64,000 nucleotides of DNA, taken from the NCBI RefSeq assembly GCF_006345805.1, contig NC_043004.1, positions 105,710,001 through 105,774,000 on the forward strand, given 5' to 3'. The notes beneath the pieces are model-generated. The model searched no databases. It worked only from the letters and a program-made list of their open reading frames with translations, and was not told where the DNA came from. How positions within the stretch are numbered: position 1 is the first letter of the stretch; each line of letters begins with the position of its first letter. The stretch is from Octopus sinensis. Its lineage: Eukaryota. Of this stretch, positions 50,376 through 64,000 are shown piece after piece. A program made the translations under genes and the position numbers.

Positions 50376-51457
50376 AATGGAGCACAATAAATACAGAATA
50401 AGATATGAAGAAAATATGCACACACATATATATGTATGTATGTATATCTGAATTTTTGTGTGTGTGTACACGTGTGTATATAGTATATACACACACACTT
50501 GGGTAGATTTGTTATAGTGTTGTATGAAATGTTTTAGTAGTATATATTCAGGCTCTTTGCACTTTTGCATCCAAATTCCCACTTGGGGTTAATGGTCAGG
50601 GATAATTACCTGAATACAGAAGCATTCCATCCAGCCTGGAATTCACCAATGAGGATAGATAGGCTTATATTTAGGATAGATAAGCTGGCAATATTGCAAA
50701 CTTCGGCTTTATTCCAGCAGTACATAAACAGCAGCTGAATGGAAAATATTCCCATCTACAATCACACTCATTCACTCATTCACAGAGCTATTCATGGAAC
50801 AGTTGCAGATGGGTGTTTAAAAGAAACAACTTATATATGCACCTGTGCATATTGTAGGTGAGAGTGTTTGTGCATGTTGTTTATACACCTGTGTGTGTGT
50901 GTGTGTGTGTGTGTGAGAGCATAGGTATGCAGATATTGACATTACAAAGCTTCACTTGTCACCATGGTGAAACTTGTGAAACGGTGATATGATGTTTACA
51001 TTCCTTATTGACATCACCAAGTTTTCAAAAACCAGTGGAATAAAAATATCCTTTATTTGCAAAATAGGTAAGGATTGGTAACAGGAAGTGCATCTAGCCA
51101 TAAAATGTTGCCCTGCGTATTCCCCTTTCCCACCCATGCTAGCATGAAAATGTAGACTTTAAACAAAATGAATGATTCTTCTATACCTCTCCCACCAAAT
51201 TAAAACAGACCATTGGCCATGCCTCCACCATTCCTTGCATTTACCCCTGTCCACACCATTAACCATTTGCATTACTCCTTTCCCACAAGGCTCCGGCAGG
51301 GAGTGTTGGCAATCCATGCTGTACTCTTTCGCCACAACTTTCTTTTACTCTTTCTTCTGTTGGCCTGCTCGCTTAGCCAGCAGGGTGGCGTCATTTGAAT
51401 GCGAAGCACATTGTGACCAGCGATGTGTAGCAACATCTGATAGCCTGGTCAGTCACT

Positions 51458-51506
<49 letters not shown>

Positions 51507-52129
51507 ATTTCTGATAGATCCAAGGCCGTACATCAGTGTACGTCAGCCCCATAAGAATGAAAGCTTAGTTAGCTTGGCAATATTTGAACTCATAATGTAA
51601 AGCAACAGAGCTATATTTAAGAAAATAATGTTTCTGCAGTTTCTCTGATTCTGTCACTCAACCACCCGGGTACGCACACACCCATATCATACATACTTAC
51701 ACAGAGACATTCATATATATTTATATTTAAATTTTAATTGGAATTCAGTTTAACTACAAAATATTGAAAAATAAATAACATTCTAATTTTATAGCTCTTA
51801 TTGAATATTTATTTAATTTCAAATATATTTATTTATTTTGATTTGATTCTCTCGCACACTGCTGTTTTAATCATTGTTGTCCAACCACAGGTTAGCCCAG
51901 ATGAAGCAATCACCGGTTAAATGTCATGACAGAAAGAGAGAGACAGAGAGAGAGAGAGAGAGAAAAGGAAGCTACATACATAAGCGATACTCACCTAAAC
52001 ACCACAAGAAAATTAGAAACCAGTATATACACACGTGCACACACACACACACACACACACTTCACCCATGCAATAATACTCTGTTACAGATACAACACAG
52101 GCAATCATTATTTAAACGTTGTTAAGATT

Positions 52130-52535
52130 GCAACCTGGTGGAATCATTAGCATTTCAGTTGAAATGCTTGGCAGCATTACCTCTGTCTTTATGTTCTAAG
52201 TTCAAATTCTGCTATAGTCAACTTTGCCTTCTATCCTTCTGGGGTTGATAAAATAAGTAGCAGTTGAACATTGGGGTTGATGTAATTGACTTACCCACTC
52301 TCCTGAAATTGCTGGCCTTGTGCTAAAATTTGAAACTATTATTTAACCATTGTAGAAGATTGACAGAATCAGTAAAGTATTGGAAAACATTCCTTGCTGT
52401 TTTTGTTCTGACTCTTTACATTTTGGGTCCAAATCCTGCTGAAATCCCCTTTGCCTTTCATCCCTTCAGTATTGATAAAGCCAATTAAACCCCTGTCCTC
52501 AAAATTTCAGGGTCTCTGCCTATGTTTGAACTAAT
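52130..52535 (+). mobile_element. Two tandem family D SINEs
   Basis: Central domain and tail repeated. Confidence 0.75.
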
Positions 52536-53169
52536 TATTTAAGCATTACAAGAGAATAAAGTTGTCTTCAAATTAGAGATTTTGCCCAAATGTTTGCTAT
52601 AGAGTGTACTCCAACAGAGGCACCCAAGTACCTGGTGGTGGTGAAAAACTGAACAAAGGATTAAGTGTCTACCACAAAAAAACCCCCACAAAAAATGGAA
52701 CGATCCTTTCAAAGAGCTTCCACCAAATCTCCATCTGAGCATAATATATAATAGTTTGCACTTGTTTTTTATTATAAAAAGAGCACTAAGCCACAGAAAC
52801 TATGCTGAAACAGACAATTGGAGCCTGGAGTCACTCTCCAGTTGTCCAGCTCTTGTCAAACCATCTGACCCATGCCAGCATAAAAAAAACAGACGTTAAA
52901 TTATGATGAGGATAATGAAGAGGATGATTTAAACCATAATGGCCTATGTTTAAAACGAATCTCTTATAATGATATAATTGTTAAGAATTTGTCATTGTTA
53001 TATTAATCAGAAGCTTAGCCATGAAATTGAACCTGGAATCATATAGCTGCACACTAACCACTCGGCTAACCCACTAATAAGGCTCAAAATGTATATCTAT
53101 TGATCGCTTGGCACCTGTATTCTTGACACTGTGTTAATGGTGCTTTTCTTCTGCAATTAGTTTTATATT

Positions 53170-53730
53170 TATCTTGTACTAATTTCAGGTATTGATCTGC
53201 GACTATGCTAGGACAACACTTTGAAGGGTTTAGTAACAAAAACAATCAAACCCAGTACATACTTTTTAAGTCTGGTGCTTATTTTATTTACTCTTTTGCT
53301 GAACTACTAAGTTATGGGGATATAAACAAACTAACACCGGTTATCAAGTGGCTGTGGTGGGAGAAACAAAAAAGCATACACACAATACACACACACACAC
53401 ACATACATACATGCACGCATACATGCATGTGTACGTACATGCACACGTACATATATGTGTGTGTGTATACATATATATACATATATATACACACATATGT
53501 ATATATCTTTATCTATACATATATACATATGTATATACATACATACGTACATACGTACATACATACAAGACAGACTTCCACATAGTTTCTGCCTACCAAA
53601 TTCACTCACAAGTCACTGGTCATCCTGGAGCGACAGTAGAAGACATTTGTGCAGAGTTCCACACAGTGGGACTGAACCTGAATGCACGCAGTTGCAAAGC
53701 AAGCTTCTTAACCTCACAGCCATGCCTGTG
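53170..53730 (-). mobile_element. SINE family A, old copy with ~190 bp internal microsatellite
   Basis: Tail 53170-53375, head 53570-53730. Confidence 0.75.
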
Positions 53731-53979
53731 CTGCTGTCTAACTTACCATTTCAATCACTTCAAGTATTGTATATGTTTCACAGATAATTCTGTCAGCCAC
53801 TTAGCGCTCACAGGACAGGTTATTTCTACTAACGTCCAAAATAGAAAAGAATCATACTTTGATTCGAAGTTTTTTGATGAGAGCTAATCGAAAGAATACG
53901 AAGGAATCATAATAAAGTGTAGGCTAATATTTTTAATGTGAAGGATATTAAACATTATGCACATCTGAATATTAATTTG

Positions 53980-54321
53980 ATGGGCAAAAATGTTGTATGT
54001 AATGTGTAATAACATTGATAATGACTAGTCATTGCCATTAATGTATAACATATATTTAATTTTATATATGTGTGTGTGTGTACATATGTGTATATATATG
54101 TGTGTATGTATGTGTATATATATGTGTGGGGGAGGAGTTGTATGTATACAGAGTTATATATACATATATGTATGTGTGTCTGAGTGTATATATATATATA
54201 TATATATATACATATATATATACATATACACACACACATATATGTGTGTGTGTATACATATATATACACATATGTATATATCTTTATATATATATACATA
54301 TGTATACATATATATGTGTGT

Positions 54322-54355
<34 letters not shown>

Positions 54356-54458
54356 CGCACACACATACACCTACACACATGTGTATAGAAACACGCCTGT
54401 TTGTATAATAATGTACATATATACATATATATATATATATATATATGCATATATATAT

Positions 54459-54490
<32 letters not shown>

Positions 54491-55030
54491 ATATATATAT
54501 ATATGTATATATATATGCATATATGTATGAGCATATACATACATTTATATGTACGCATAGAAAATGTGAAGTGAAGTGTTAAAAATCCAATAAGTAACGA
54601 TAAGAGTGATACAATGAAAAGCTAAATGAAGTCAAACAGTGCATGTGTGTGTATGTGTGTGTGTGTGTGTGTATGCATGTGTGTGTGTGTATGTGTGCGT
54701 GTGTGTGTGTGTTTATACATTTGTGTATTTGCACATGAGTTTGTATAGATATGATTATGTCTGTATATGTGTGAGTGTGTGTGTGTGTGTATGCACATGT
54801 ACATATGTGTGTGTGTGTATACATATGTACATGTGTATGAAGTGTGTATATTGTTATGTGTTTGTATGTGGGTGTATATCTGTGTGCTTACACTTTTGTG
54901 GGTTTGCATGTGTGTGCTTGCATCGATGTGTGTGCACGTGAATATGTACTCAGGTGTGAATGGTGTATTGGTATGTGTTTGCATGTCTCTCTTTGTATCA
55001 ATGCGTGAGAGAGTGTGTGTATGCAGATAT
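53980..55030. repeat. Large compound TA/GT microsatellite field
   Basis: Direct inspection. Confidence 0.9.
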
Positions 55031-55189
55031 GAGTCCGTGCATGCGGGTGCACGTGTGTATAACTGTTTTTGTTCTATTTGCTCTTTCTTTCTTTCTTTCT
55101 TCTTTCTTTCTTTCTTTCTTTATTCCTATGGAAAACTGTTTAGTTATATCAATTCATTCAACAGAATCCTCGCTTCTACTCTGCACCAC

Positions 55190-55381
55190 CACTACTACCA
55201 CCAATACCACCACACAATTTATGATAGATAAACCACATCATCACCACCACCACTACCACCACCTCTACCACTACCTCCACCACCACTACCATCATAATCA
55301 CCGCCATCACTATACCATCACAACTATCACACTATTACAACTACCACCGTCACCACAACATCATAATCACACTTATACCTT

Positions 55382-55414
<33 letters not shown>

Positions 55415-55710
55415 AATGACATTATAACCACCATACTCATACCATTAGGATTACTACCACCACACCCCTACCATGGGTACCGCCATAACCATTACTAACA
55501 TTTCTACTGCTATTACCACCTCTGTTATCACAACAACCACCACCACCATTGCTACCATCGTTACCACCATCTCTACCACTACCACAACCACTACTGCTAA
55601 CATTAATGATAGATATAAGCACTACAAAATTAAAATTTGCCATCATCATCACCACCACCACTACCTCCACCACCATCATTTCTCACTTCAACAGCAACCA
55701 TCATCTCCAT

Positions 55711-55756
<46 letters not shown>

Positions 55757-55780
55757 GCTACTACTACTACTACTACTGTC
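55190..55780. repeat. (CAC/CAT/TAC)n trinucleotide low-complexity region
   Basis: Direct inspection. Confidence 0.9.
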
Positions 55781-56221
55781 ACGCAGTTAATGATAGAGAA
55801 CAGCCTGCTTGATTACTTCCCAGCTATTAAACACCATAATTGACTTTTTGATCTTATTGTTGAATATCGTAATTTTCAGCCAAAGATGTTCAGGTATTTT
55901 TGAATGTCATAGTTATTAATGTGGTTTCACACACACAAGCCAATGGTCATTGACCTTGCTAGAAATAGCAACCAAATCTCCTTTCAAAACGCACCTTCAT
56001 CACTGTTGTTGTCATCATCTAACATTCACTTTTCCATGCATGTAAGGGTCACAAGGAATTTGTTGAGATAGGTTTCCTATGGCTGGATGCCCTTCCTGTC
56101 GCCAACCCTGACCTATGTCCAAACCTATGTCCATGGCTGAATATGTGTTCGCGGAAGACAAGTAAGGAAACACACCACTTGCGTAATGGTGGCATTCATT
56201 AACGTGACAAAAAGACACCAA

Positions 56222-56253
<32 letters not shown>

Positions 56254-56254
56254 T

Positions 56255-56460
56255 CATTCTCTTCATCATCATTTAACATCCGCTTTCCATGCTGGCATGG
56301 GTTGGACGGTTTGACAGGAACTGGCAAGGTCAGGGGTCACACCAGGTTTCATAGTCTCTTTTATTTTGTTCTGGCATGGTTTTTGTGGTTGCATACCTTT
56401 CCTAACACCAACCCCTTTACAGCATGTACTGGGTGCTTTTTATGCGGCACCCTTATAACT
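56255..56460 (-). mobile_element. Family B (RTE 3' UTR), diverged
   Basis: Diagnostic motifs. Confidence 0.75.
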
Positions 56461-56865
56461 ATGTACCATTTATCTTTTAGCCTTGACTTGTTTTAGTCAT
56501 CAGACTGTGGCCATGCTGGGACACTGCTTTGAAGAATTTTAGCCAAACGATTTGACCCCATTACTTGTTTAATTCTTTTTAAAGTATGGTACTTATTCTA
56601 TCAGTCTCTTTTACTGAACTGCTAAGTTACGTTATCAAGCAGTAGTGGAAGACAAATACAGACACAAAGACACATACACAGACATGTAAACCAATAATGA
56701 TGATGATGACAAAGGTGTATTTTGAAGGGAGATTTGGTTGCTATTTCCTGCAGGTCCAAAGTATTGGGGAAATAGGTGATACCTGTAGTGAGTGAGTGGG
56801 AGTAAATTGCAAAGTGAAGACGGAAACTTGCTTCATCCTCACACCTGAGAATTGGGGATTATAGC

Positions 56866-57311
56866 CAGCGCTGGATTAACCCATTAATCAAAATAAGCAC
56901 ATGCTTAGGGCATCAAGGGATAGGGGCACTACAGAAATGAAAATGGTTTACGGCACAAAAGAAATCACTTTAAATTTGCTAAAATGATATTTGTAATGCC
57001 TTATCTCTACTAAGTATAGAAGCAGAAGTTTTATGCAAAATTAATTTTAACATCATCGATGACTTTACAATTAAATGAAAAGAATGAATGAGAAAACTTT
57101 TCAAATATAAATAAAATGGAAGCAAACAAAAATATTTTCCATCTTACCGGTGGTTTTGTTTCATTTTGAAAAATAAAAAAATTATGGTTTATTATTGTTT
57201 ACATTTTAAATTATTTTTGTTTACATTTTGAACCATTTACATATACTTGAGGGTACCAAAATGTTTTTAGTGCTTAGGGCCTCTATGGGTATGGGTCTTA
57301 ATCGGGCCCTG
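56866..57311. mobile_element. hAT-type MITE (446 bp)
   Basis: TIRs cagcgctggattaa and ttaatcgggccctg; 8-bp TSD attatagc/gttatagc. Confidence 0.8.
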
Positions 57312-57859
57312 GTTATAGCTACTGTCTCAGTGGTTTATTTAAACATACAGATGAAATCCAGTGGCTCATGAGAGTCACCCAACACCACTTCTAGCCATAC
57401 TCACTTGACCTGCTAGAACTAGCTGACAAATCTCCCTGAAATAAAATATAACCATCTTATAAAAAAGAAGGATGCACTGGACTTGTAATAATTGATAGAC
57501 AAAAAGATGGGGTGACTGTGATTTTGATCATAGGTCTGTCCAATCAAGACTACCTCCAAGTAATGAATAACAACATTATACATGATTTTTGCAGTACTAT
57601 CAGTACAGCAGTGAGTTTTATAATCCTGTAGAGCTATATGGACATCAGCACAGAGAGTTAGGTTCTTGACCACAGAGGCAGACCAGCATCTGTGGGGATA
57701 TAGCAACTAGTAACCCTTTAATTGGTTATCAAGCACCCTGTAAACCCAGCTGTCTGTGGAACATCAATCAGTCACTGATTACCAAGACAGTCAATAATTT
57801 CAAATTAATCAACATTTGCCAAGGATTTGGTAAAATATGTGTAAATTTATTTATTAGCT

Positions 57860-58025
57860 GGTGGTGGTGTTTAGTCCCAGGTCTGCTCTGCTTGAGTAGA
57901 CCTGTGTTCAAAGGCAAGCCATCTGTGTTTTCTCCTTTGTTTAAGACAACAACTTGTAATTTGAGGGAGATTTGATTGCTATTTCTAGCATATTGAAATA
58001 ACATATAATCGCTCCCTTGGTTGGT
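57860..58025 (+). mobile_element. Family C interspersed repeat (unclassified)
   Basis: ttagtcccaggtc..gagggagatttg..gctatttctagc; fragments also near 23.9-24.1, 28.6, 33.9, 39.55-39.7, 45.6, 48.7, 55.95 and 57.4 kb. Confidence 0.6.
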
Positions 58026-58594
58026 GTTTGGAACTCAACAAATGGATTCTTCTGTAAAACTATGATGGAACTTTTAGCCACAGAAATCGTATCTCATCAT
58101 TCATGTAATGGATGGGATTTTGATAGAGAATTCAATCTAATTACAAACATTTTAATTATGGATGATCTTGGTTGAGCTAATAAGCATAGGAGCATGGGTG
58201 GTCTCAAGTATGTTAACTTTTTGGGTCAGGGACTGCCTTAGAAAAGATGCTACATAGGACCATAGTTTAGTAGTGGATTGGTTGGTAATTCGGTAATATG
58301 AGAACAGAGATCCTCATGAATGGGCTCATTGTGTGAAATGATGGGCTGTTGTGGGAGAGTTGGTAAGATGGTACGATGGAACCAGGAACAGTATTGGGTA
58401 GGTTGTTATTAAAAGAGACAGGCTAGAGTCAAGCTTTCATTTACCTGTAAGACAATATTTACGGCTCTCAAGAAATGTTTTCATTAGGTAAAGGATTTTT
58501 CTGCTCATGTTTTCTGTCAAAGCATTGCTCACAACATCAGAAAAGATCAAAACACAAAATCAGCAAAGAGAAAGAAAAGAAGAAAGAAATTAAG

Positions 58595-58627
<33 letters not shown>

Positions 58628-59354
58628 GTAAGACAGCAAGAGAGAGAGATAAAACAACTGCTGTAAGAAATATTTACATGCAAGATGTTGTTCATAGTAT
58701 GCTTTACAATGCCTGAAAGTATTAGTGCTAACAGACAAGATTCTTCGTATAAATATTGGTACATAGGTATGATACATAGTAATGATCACAAGCACCATAG
58801 AGCAAAAAGGTCAAGGGTAGTGGCAGCAAATGGGTGGAAGGGTAGATGTAGTGGATATTTAATGGTTATGATATCAAATGGAATCTTACCAACTTTTGTG
58901 TCGGAACTGCGAAGTTAGAAAAACAATGTTAAGTACATTTTGATATAGCACGAGATTAGCAGAACCAGTTGAGTAACGACCAGAATTTTTTCATTGCAGT
59001 TATTCAGTTATGTCCTGGTATGTTTTCAGTTCAAATACCACTGGGGTCATTGATTTTGCTTCTCATTTTTATGGGGTGAGGTTGATAAAATAGCATATCA
59101 GTTATTAAATATTTCAGTTACATACGCATATATATGTGTGTGTATATGTGCACTCATATATGTATGTATGTATGTATGTATATACCTGTATGTATGTGTG
59201 TATAGTTCTTCCTTAATGTTATTGTCTGTAGTTCTCTCTTTCAAACTTGTACTCTTGTGTGTTATTCAAAAATCAATACATTATAAAGTCAATCATTGTA
59301 AATATGTAAGCTGGGTCAAATTCTTGCTACGGTTGATTTAATTTTTCAATTTTC

Positions 59355-59750
59355 TGGTTTCTTTTATCTTCCTTTATCTTCTATTACTGTGGCCATGCTG
59401 AGGATGGTGGTGGTGGCGAGGGGCTGTCTTGAAGGATTTAGTTGAACCAAATGATCCCAGTTCTTATTTTTAAAGTCTGGTACTTATTCTGTTGGTCTCT
59501 TTTGCCAAACTGCTAAGTTATGGGGACATAAGCATACCAACACCAGCTGTCAAGGTTTGGTCGTGGAAGACAAACCCAAACACACACAGTGGGTTTCCAC
59601 ACAGTTTCCATCTAACAAATTTATTCACAAGGCATTTGTCAAACTGGGTCTATAGTTGAAGACACCTGTTCAAGATGCTGCGCAATGGGAGTGAGCCCAA
59701 AATCACGTGGTTGCAAAGTGAACTTGTTAACCACACACCCATCCCTGTGC
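59355..59750 (-). mobile_element. SINE family A, old copy
   Basis: Reverse complement of tail and head. Confidence 0.75.
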
Positions 59751-60436
59751 TTGATTAAAAAACATTTTTTTAATCACAAAATATGGCAAAAACTGTGTGT
59801 TCTTGCCTGAAGAAAAATATGGGATATTAACCAATTGGGATCACTTTTGATTATATATCAATCTGTTTTATCAAGACTGACCAAGAGCTAAACATGAACT
59901 ATGATAACCAAGTCTTGCATAGCTGCCTCTGTGTCACTACCACAATGATATCAAACAAACCAAGCCAGCAGCTTAACTATTGCAAAGACAGATAATGAAA
60001 GCCTAACTCCTACTTTGGAATATTCATAAGAGTCACTTGTTTATTCATGTCACAAAACTGCTTAAGCAAAGAGAGCTAACCAGAGTGGTCTTAGATAATT
60101 GTTGATGAAATTATGCAAAACTGGTTTAACTACTTAGATGAAACTGGTAAACCACAAACATCAACCTCTCATTAGGGGGATTCTTAATAATGGTAATATG
60201 AATAATTAGGAGATATTATTATTACCTCCAGCAGAGGAAGCTCATTTTCCAATTACACACACACTGCTTATATTATGCATTGTTTGCTTTAGATTTCTGG
60301 TAGATAACTTCATTTTTAAGGCAATAAACCTAGCAAAAACACTATGTATATAATGTCTGTCTGTATGTATGTATGTATAAATACAAACACACCCACACAA
60401 ACATGTACACACACACACACACACACGCATATATTT

Positions 60437-60590
60437 AGGTGTTGGCATGACTGTGTGGTTAAGAAATTTGCTTCTCAACTACTTAGTTTCAGGTTCAGTC
60501 CCTATGCGTGGCACATTGGCCAAGTGTCCCAGGGTGACCAAAGCCTTGTGAGTGGATTTGATAGTCAGAAACTGAAAGAAGCCTGTCTGC

Positions 60591-60600
<10 letters not shown>
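60437..60600 (+). mobile_element. SINE family A head half
   Basis: ggttcagtccc B-box and core. Confidence 0.75.
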
Positions 60601-60631
<31 letters not shown>

Positions 60632-61125
60632 CACACACATGCATAAACACACACACACACACACACACGCACACACACACACACACAAACACACGCACAT
60701 ACACAAGCAGGGATGAACAAATAAAAAGAAAGTTACACTCAACAATTTAGTTTCATGTTTTATGTTGGGTGGTTGGATGGTATGTGTGTATATGTGTGTG
60801 TATGTGTGTGTGTGTATATATATATATAGAGAGAGAGATGTGGATAGATTGACGGACAGACAGACATTAGTTAATAAAAGTTGAAAATTCACAAATATGA
60901 TTCCAGCATTTGCCTTTGTCAGTCCATAGTGGGTTAACAAAGAACATAGGTTTATAACTATATACAAATAATTTACATACCAATAAATTGCCACGAAATA
61001 TATTTTAACTGTATCTAAATATTATGCATATAAATTCACACACACATTTGCATATATTTATGTATGATGTGCACACATGCTCAAGCATAAATTATACATA
61101 ATCACACATACATATACACATACAG

Positions 61126-61297
61126 ATTGGGGGTAGATGTAGATTTGGCCCCCACACATGTCTTATTGCCTACTAATAATTCTGTCACTGAGTGTAGCTT
61201 AAGTGAAATGGAACAACTCAGTGATGATAACCAGAGTAAGACTCAGCATCAAAGTGATGCTTTTATTCCTGCTGATTTAGAAATGAGTCAAGTGTGA
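61126..61297 (+). CDS. Candidate terminal coding exon ending ..ADLEMSQV*
   Basis: cag acceptor at 61125 (weak pyrimidine tract), 56 open codons, then SINE-poor AT-rich UTR-like sequence; no recognisable homology. Confidence 0.25.
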
Positions 61298-62129
61298 CTC
61301 TGCTAAAGAAAGGATAGAGAGATAAGGAAACAGACTCGCAAATATCATGACCTATAAGACAACCAATCTCTATACATAAGAGAAGAAAAGAAAAAAAATA
61401 CAAACTCCCTTCATTTTTATTTGTATTTATATCATATTTATATCATGTTTATATTACTTTGCCTCTTATTTTTTTTGAAAAAATATTTTCTTGTTCTGTC
61501 TATCCCCGCTTCCCACTATTAACATATACATATGATAATAAACATATAAATAACATATGTTATATTTTATGCATGGGTTAGATAATTCTTTAAATTTAGA
61601 TATTTGCACATTAATTCTTTGAGAAAGTGTTTTTACAGCTGGTTGTGTTTTTTTTTTACTGCTCAGCTGTGAAATTTTCAAAATAGTTGACACCTAATTT
61701 TCAGCTTCATTTCTTGTGCAAGGTTGAATAATGTTGACTTTCCTAAAAGTACAATACATCATTTTATTCACTAATTAATTATATATTTTCCTTATTCAAA
61801 AATACCGATGTTATTAAGATTTATGAGTTGGAAATTTTTATTTTAGGCTTAATATATTTTAAAAACCATACTTGATGGGAAAAAAATGTGCAGGAATATT
61901 TGATGCACCTCAATTTCTACTGAAGATATTCAGGAAAAAATACTCCTAGTGTATTAAAGTTTATGAGAGACGTTACATATCGGACCCAGGGAGATGGTGG
62001 GTCTTTTGAGGCATCTTTTGGCAGGGGAAAAGTGCTTCTTATATACCATTAAATACAGTACTGATTACCTTATTGTCAAACAGAAAGTGGTTGCCATCTC
62101 AAATATGTATATAAGTGTGTGTGTGTGTG

Positions 62130-62386
62130 CAGTGGCAGATGCAGGAGTGTTGCCCTAGTTGCCTGGGCAACACCCTTTCTAGCCAAGCTGACACCAAAAA
62201 AAATCGGAACTCAGGTTTATTTCCTACAGTTTCACAGCATTACTGTTTCATATGCATATGGTCTGCTACAACAAAGTTAGAATACACAAAAATGTGTCCA
62301 TTTGTTATGAAGTGTGATTCCCACCTTATATAGTACATTTTTCGAAACTTTTGAACAACACCCAAACAAAATCCTGGACACCACCC
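62130..62386. mobile_element. Possible decayed DNA-transposon MITE
   Basis: cagtggcagatgcagga and atcctggacaccacc resemble a TIR pair; internal gtgttgccc/gggcaacac hairpin. Confidence 0.4.
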
Positions 62387-63254
62387 CCTCAATGTGCTTA
62401 TAAATATATATGCATGTATGTATGTATATATATATATATATATATATATAAGAATGGTCTTCAAAGGAATTTGAAGCAAACTGAATGGCACTTTACTTTA
62501 GATCAGTGATACTCATTTTTAATTTATGTTGCTCAGTACCACCTTTCATTTAATGGTATTTTACAAGCATCCCTACTCCCTATTCTTTATAAAAGTACCC
62601 TCGAATATAACAGATTAGATTAATCAAACTGAAGTTAATTTTGTGTAGTAGTTTGCAATAACCACATTTTCGTATCCTATTCCAGCCAGTGTGTACCTTT
62701 TTGAAGATATCGGTTAGAGCAGTGTTTTCTATAAATGAGGAGTTATGTAAATTGAAAAGGTAGGAGACAAATTGTCACGCTAGATAAAATTAAGATAGTT
62801 TTAAACTTATTAAAACTATCCCTATTTTCTCAGCTCTGCTCCAGTATCCTGCCTTCAACTATTTTTAGGACATCTCTTCTTCCCCCTTTGTGAGCCATAT
62901 GTTTTCCTGAGGAAAGCCTCCCCCAACCTCTCCCAGGGTTTGTTGGTTTTGAATTGTTGATGCTTTTATGGCTTTGCTTTAGTTTTAGATAGTTGTCTGG
63001 GCTCTATACAAACCCATTTTCTCCTCTGAGAAAGGATGGGTCATATTAGTCTGGCCTCTGTCTCTTTAACCTACCCAACATGTGAGATTCCACCTGGAGC
63101 TTGCACTCCACTGGGTTACTGAGGCACAAAAGATACCATACTGCAACATGTACTGAATCTTGAGGGGAATAGTTGACAATATATAACTATATTATTTACA
63201 ATGTGTGTTTATATTGTTTATGATGTGTGGCTATGTTATTTACAACGTGTACGG

Positions 63255-63445
63255 CAGTGAGCCAACAGAATTGTTAGCACACCAGACAAAATGCCTGGCA
63301 GCACTTCATCTTTCTCTAAGCTCTGAATTCAAAGACCTTTACCATTCATCGTTTTGGAGTTGATGAAATAAGTACCAGTTGAGCACTGGGGTCAATGTAA
63401 TCGATTACCCTCTCCCCCAAAATGTCAGGCCTTGTGCCTATAGTT
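63255..63445 (+). mobile_element. SINE family D
   Basis: Central domain and tail. Confidence 0.8.
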
Positions 63446-63462
63446 GTTTGTTCTTTCTTGAG

Positions 63463-63727
63463 CTATGCCAGTTTCCCAGTTTCATTGGTGTATAGGTTCC
63501 CCATCTGGATGGGACATCAGTTCATCACAGGTGAGCTGTTAGATGTAGGAGGAAAAAGTGAGAGAAAGTTGGGGCGAAAGAGTCATTAGAAGTTTGCCAT
63601 TACCTTCTGCTGGAACCGTGTGGAGCTTAGGTGTTTCACTCATAAACACACATGTCACCCGGTCTGAGATTCAAACCCATGATCCCTTGACCGCAAGACC
63701 ACTGCTCTAACCACTAGACCATGTGCT
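63463..63727 (-). mobile_element. tRNA-derived SINE, V-SINE-like 3' part
   Basis: Minus strand tggtctagtggttagagc A-box, ggtttgaatc B-box, cctgtgatgaactgatgtcccatccag. Confidence 0.65.
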
Positions 63728-63774
63728 TCCACAGTGCCTATAGTGGTTAGTCCAAATTACTCCATAAGGAGAAT

Positions 63775-63990
63775 AAGTCCACATTCCTGGTTTCTCTGGT
63801 GCATATAAATTCCTTCCTGGATGAGATGCTGGTCCATCACAGGCTTACTCTTTTCATTTACAGCTGTGTGGACTGAAACAGCATGAAATAAAGCATTTTT
63901 CTCAAGAATATAACCCGCTACTTGATCTGGGAATCAAACTCACCACCTAGCATTTGTGAGTGCAACACCCTAACCACTAAGCCATGCACC
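63775..63990 (-). mobile_element. SINE family E
   Basis: Minus strand tggcttagtggttagggtg A-box; body matches 12713-12830. Confidence 0.7.
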
Positions 63991-64000
63991 TTCATTTATG

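Noticed and set aside
53874-53894. ttgatga-gagctaatc-gaaag hammerhead-like string
   Set aside because: C3 is missing, and no stem I or stem III with an NUH triplet can be formed.
55190-55843. His/Thr/Tyr/Leu-rich ORFs
   Set aside because: Trinucleotide repeat translations open in several frames, with no splice or codon evidence.
58440-58540. Minus-strand exon NALTENMSRKILYLMKTFLESRKYCLT ending at cag|gtaaat
   Set aside because: Short, ambiguous acceptor and no homology; consistent with chance.

Overview
Eukaryotic, AT-rich (about 33-35% GC by eye), CpG-depleted DNA that is almost entirely non-coding. The repeat complement matches my recollection of coleoid cephalopod (Octopus-like) genomes; this is an inference with no database search. 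Most of the window is microsatellites (TA, GT, CATA, GATA, CAT, TAA, CAA) and four or five interspersed families, labelled here for convenience. Family A is a tRNA-headed SINE with an internal TA/GT microsatellite. Family B comprises short copies of an RTE LINE 3' UTR, whose parent ORF2 end lies at 43.6-44.6 kb. Family D is a second tRNA-headed SINE with an (ATT)n tail. Family E is a CORE/V-like tRNA SINE group. There are also decayed RTE, CR1 and R4/Dong LINE fragments, an internally deleted Ty3/Gypsy element with LTR and PBS, a probable solo LTR, and Tc1/mariner, piggyBac and hAT MITEs with recognisable TIRs/TSDs. No host protein-coding gene can be named. A few weak exon candidates exist, the best at 20249-20425 in a SINE-free, CpG-retaining island. 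Nearly all ORFs in the supplied track are microsatellite or SINE translations. I see no convincing intact novel system. The most interesting leads are a decayed minimal hammerhead-ribozyme motif in a Penelope-like terminus with an inverted partner copy (30.7-31.0 kb) and a set of (TA)n-embedded fold-back elements (3.2, 4.6, 14.8 kb).
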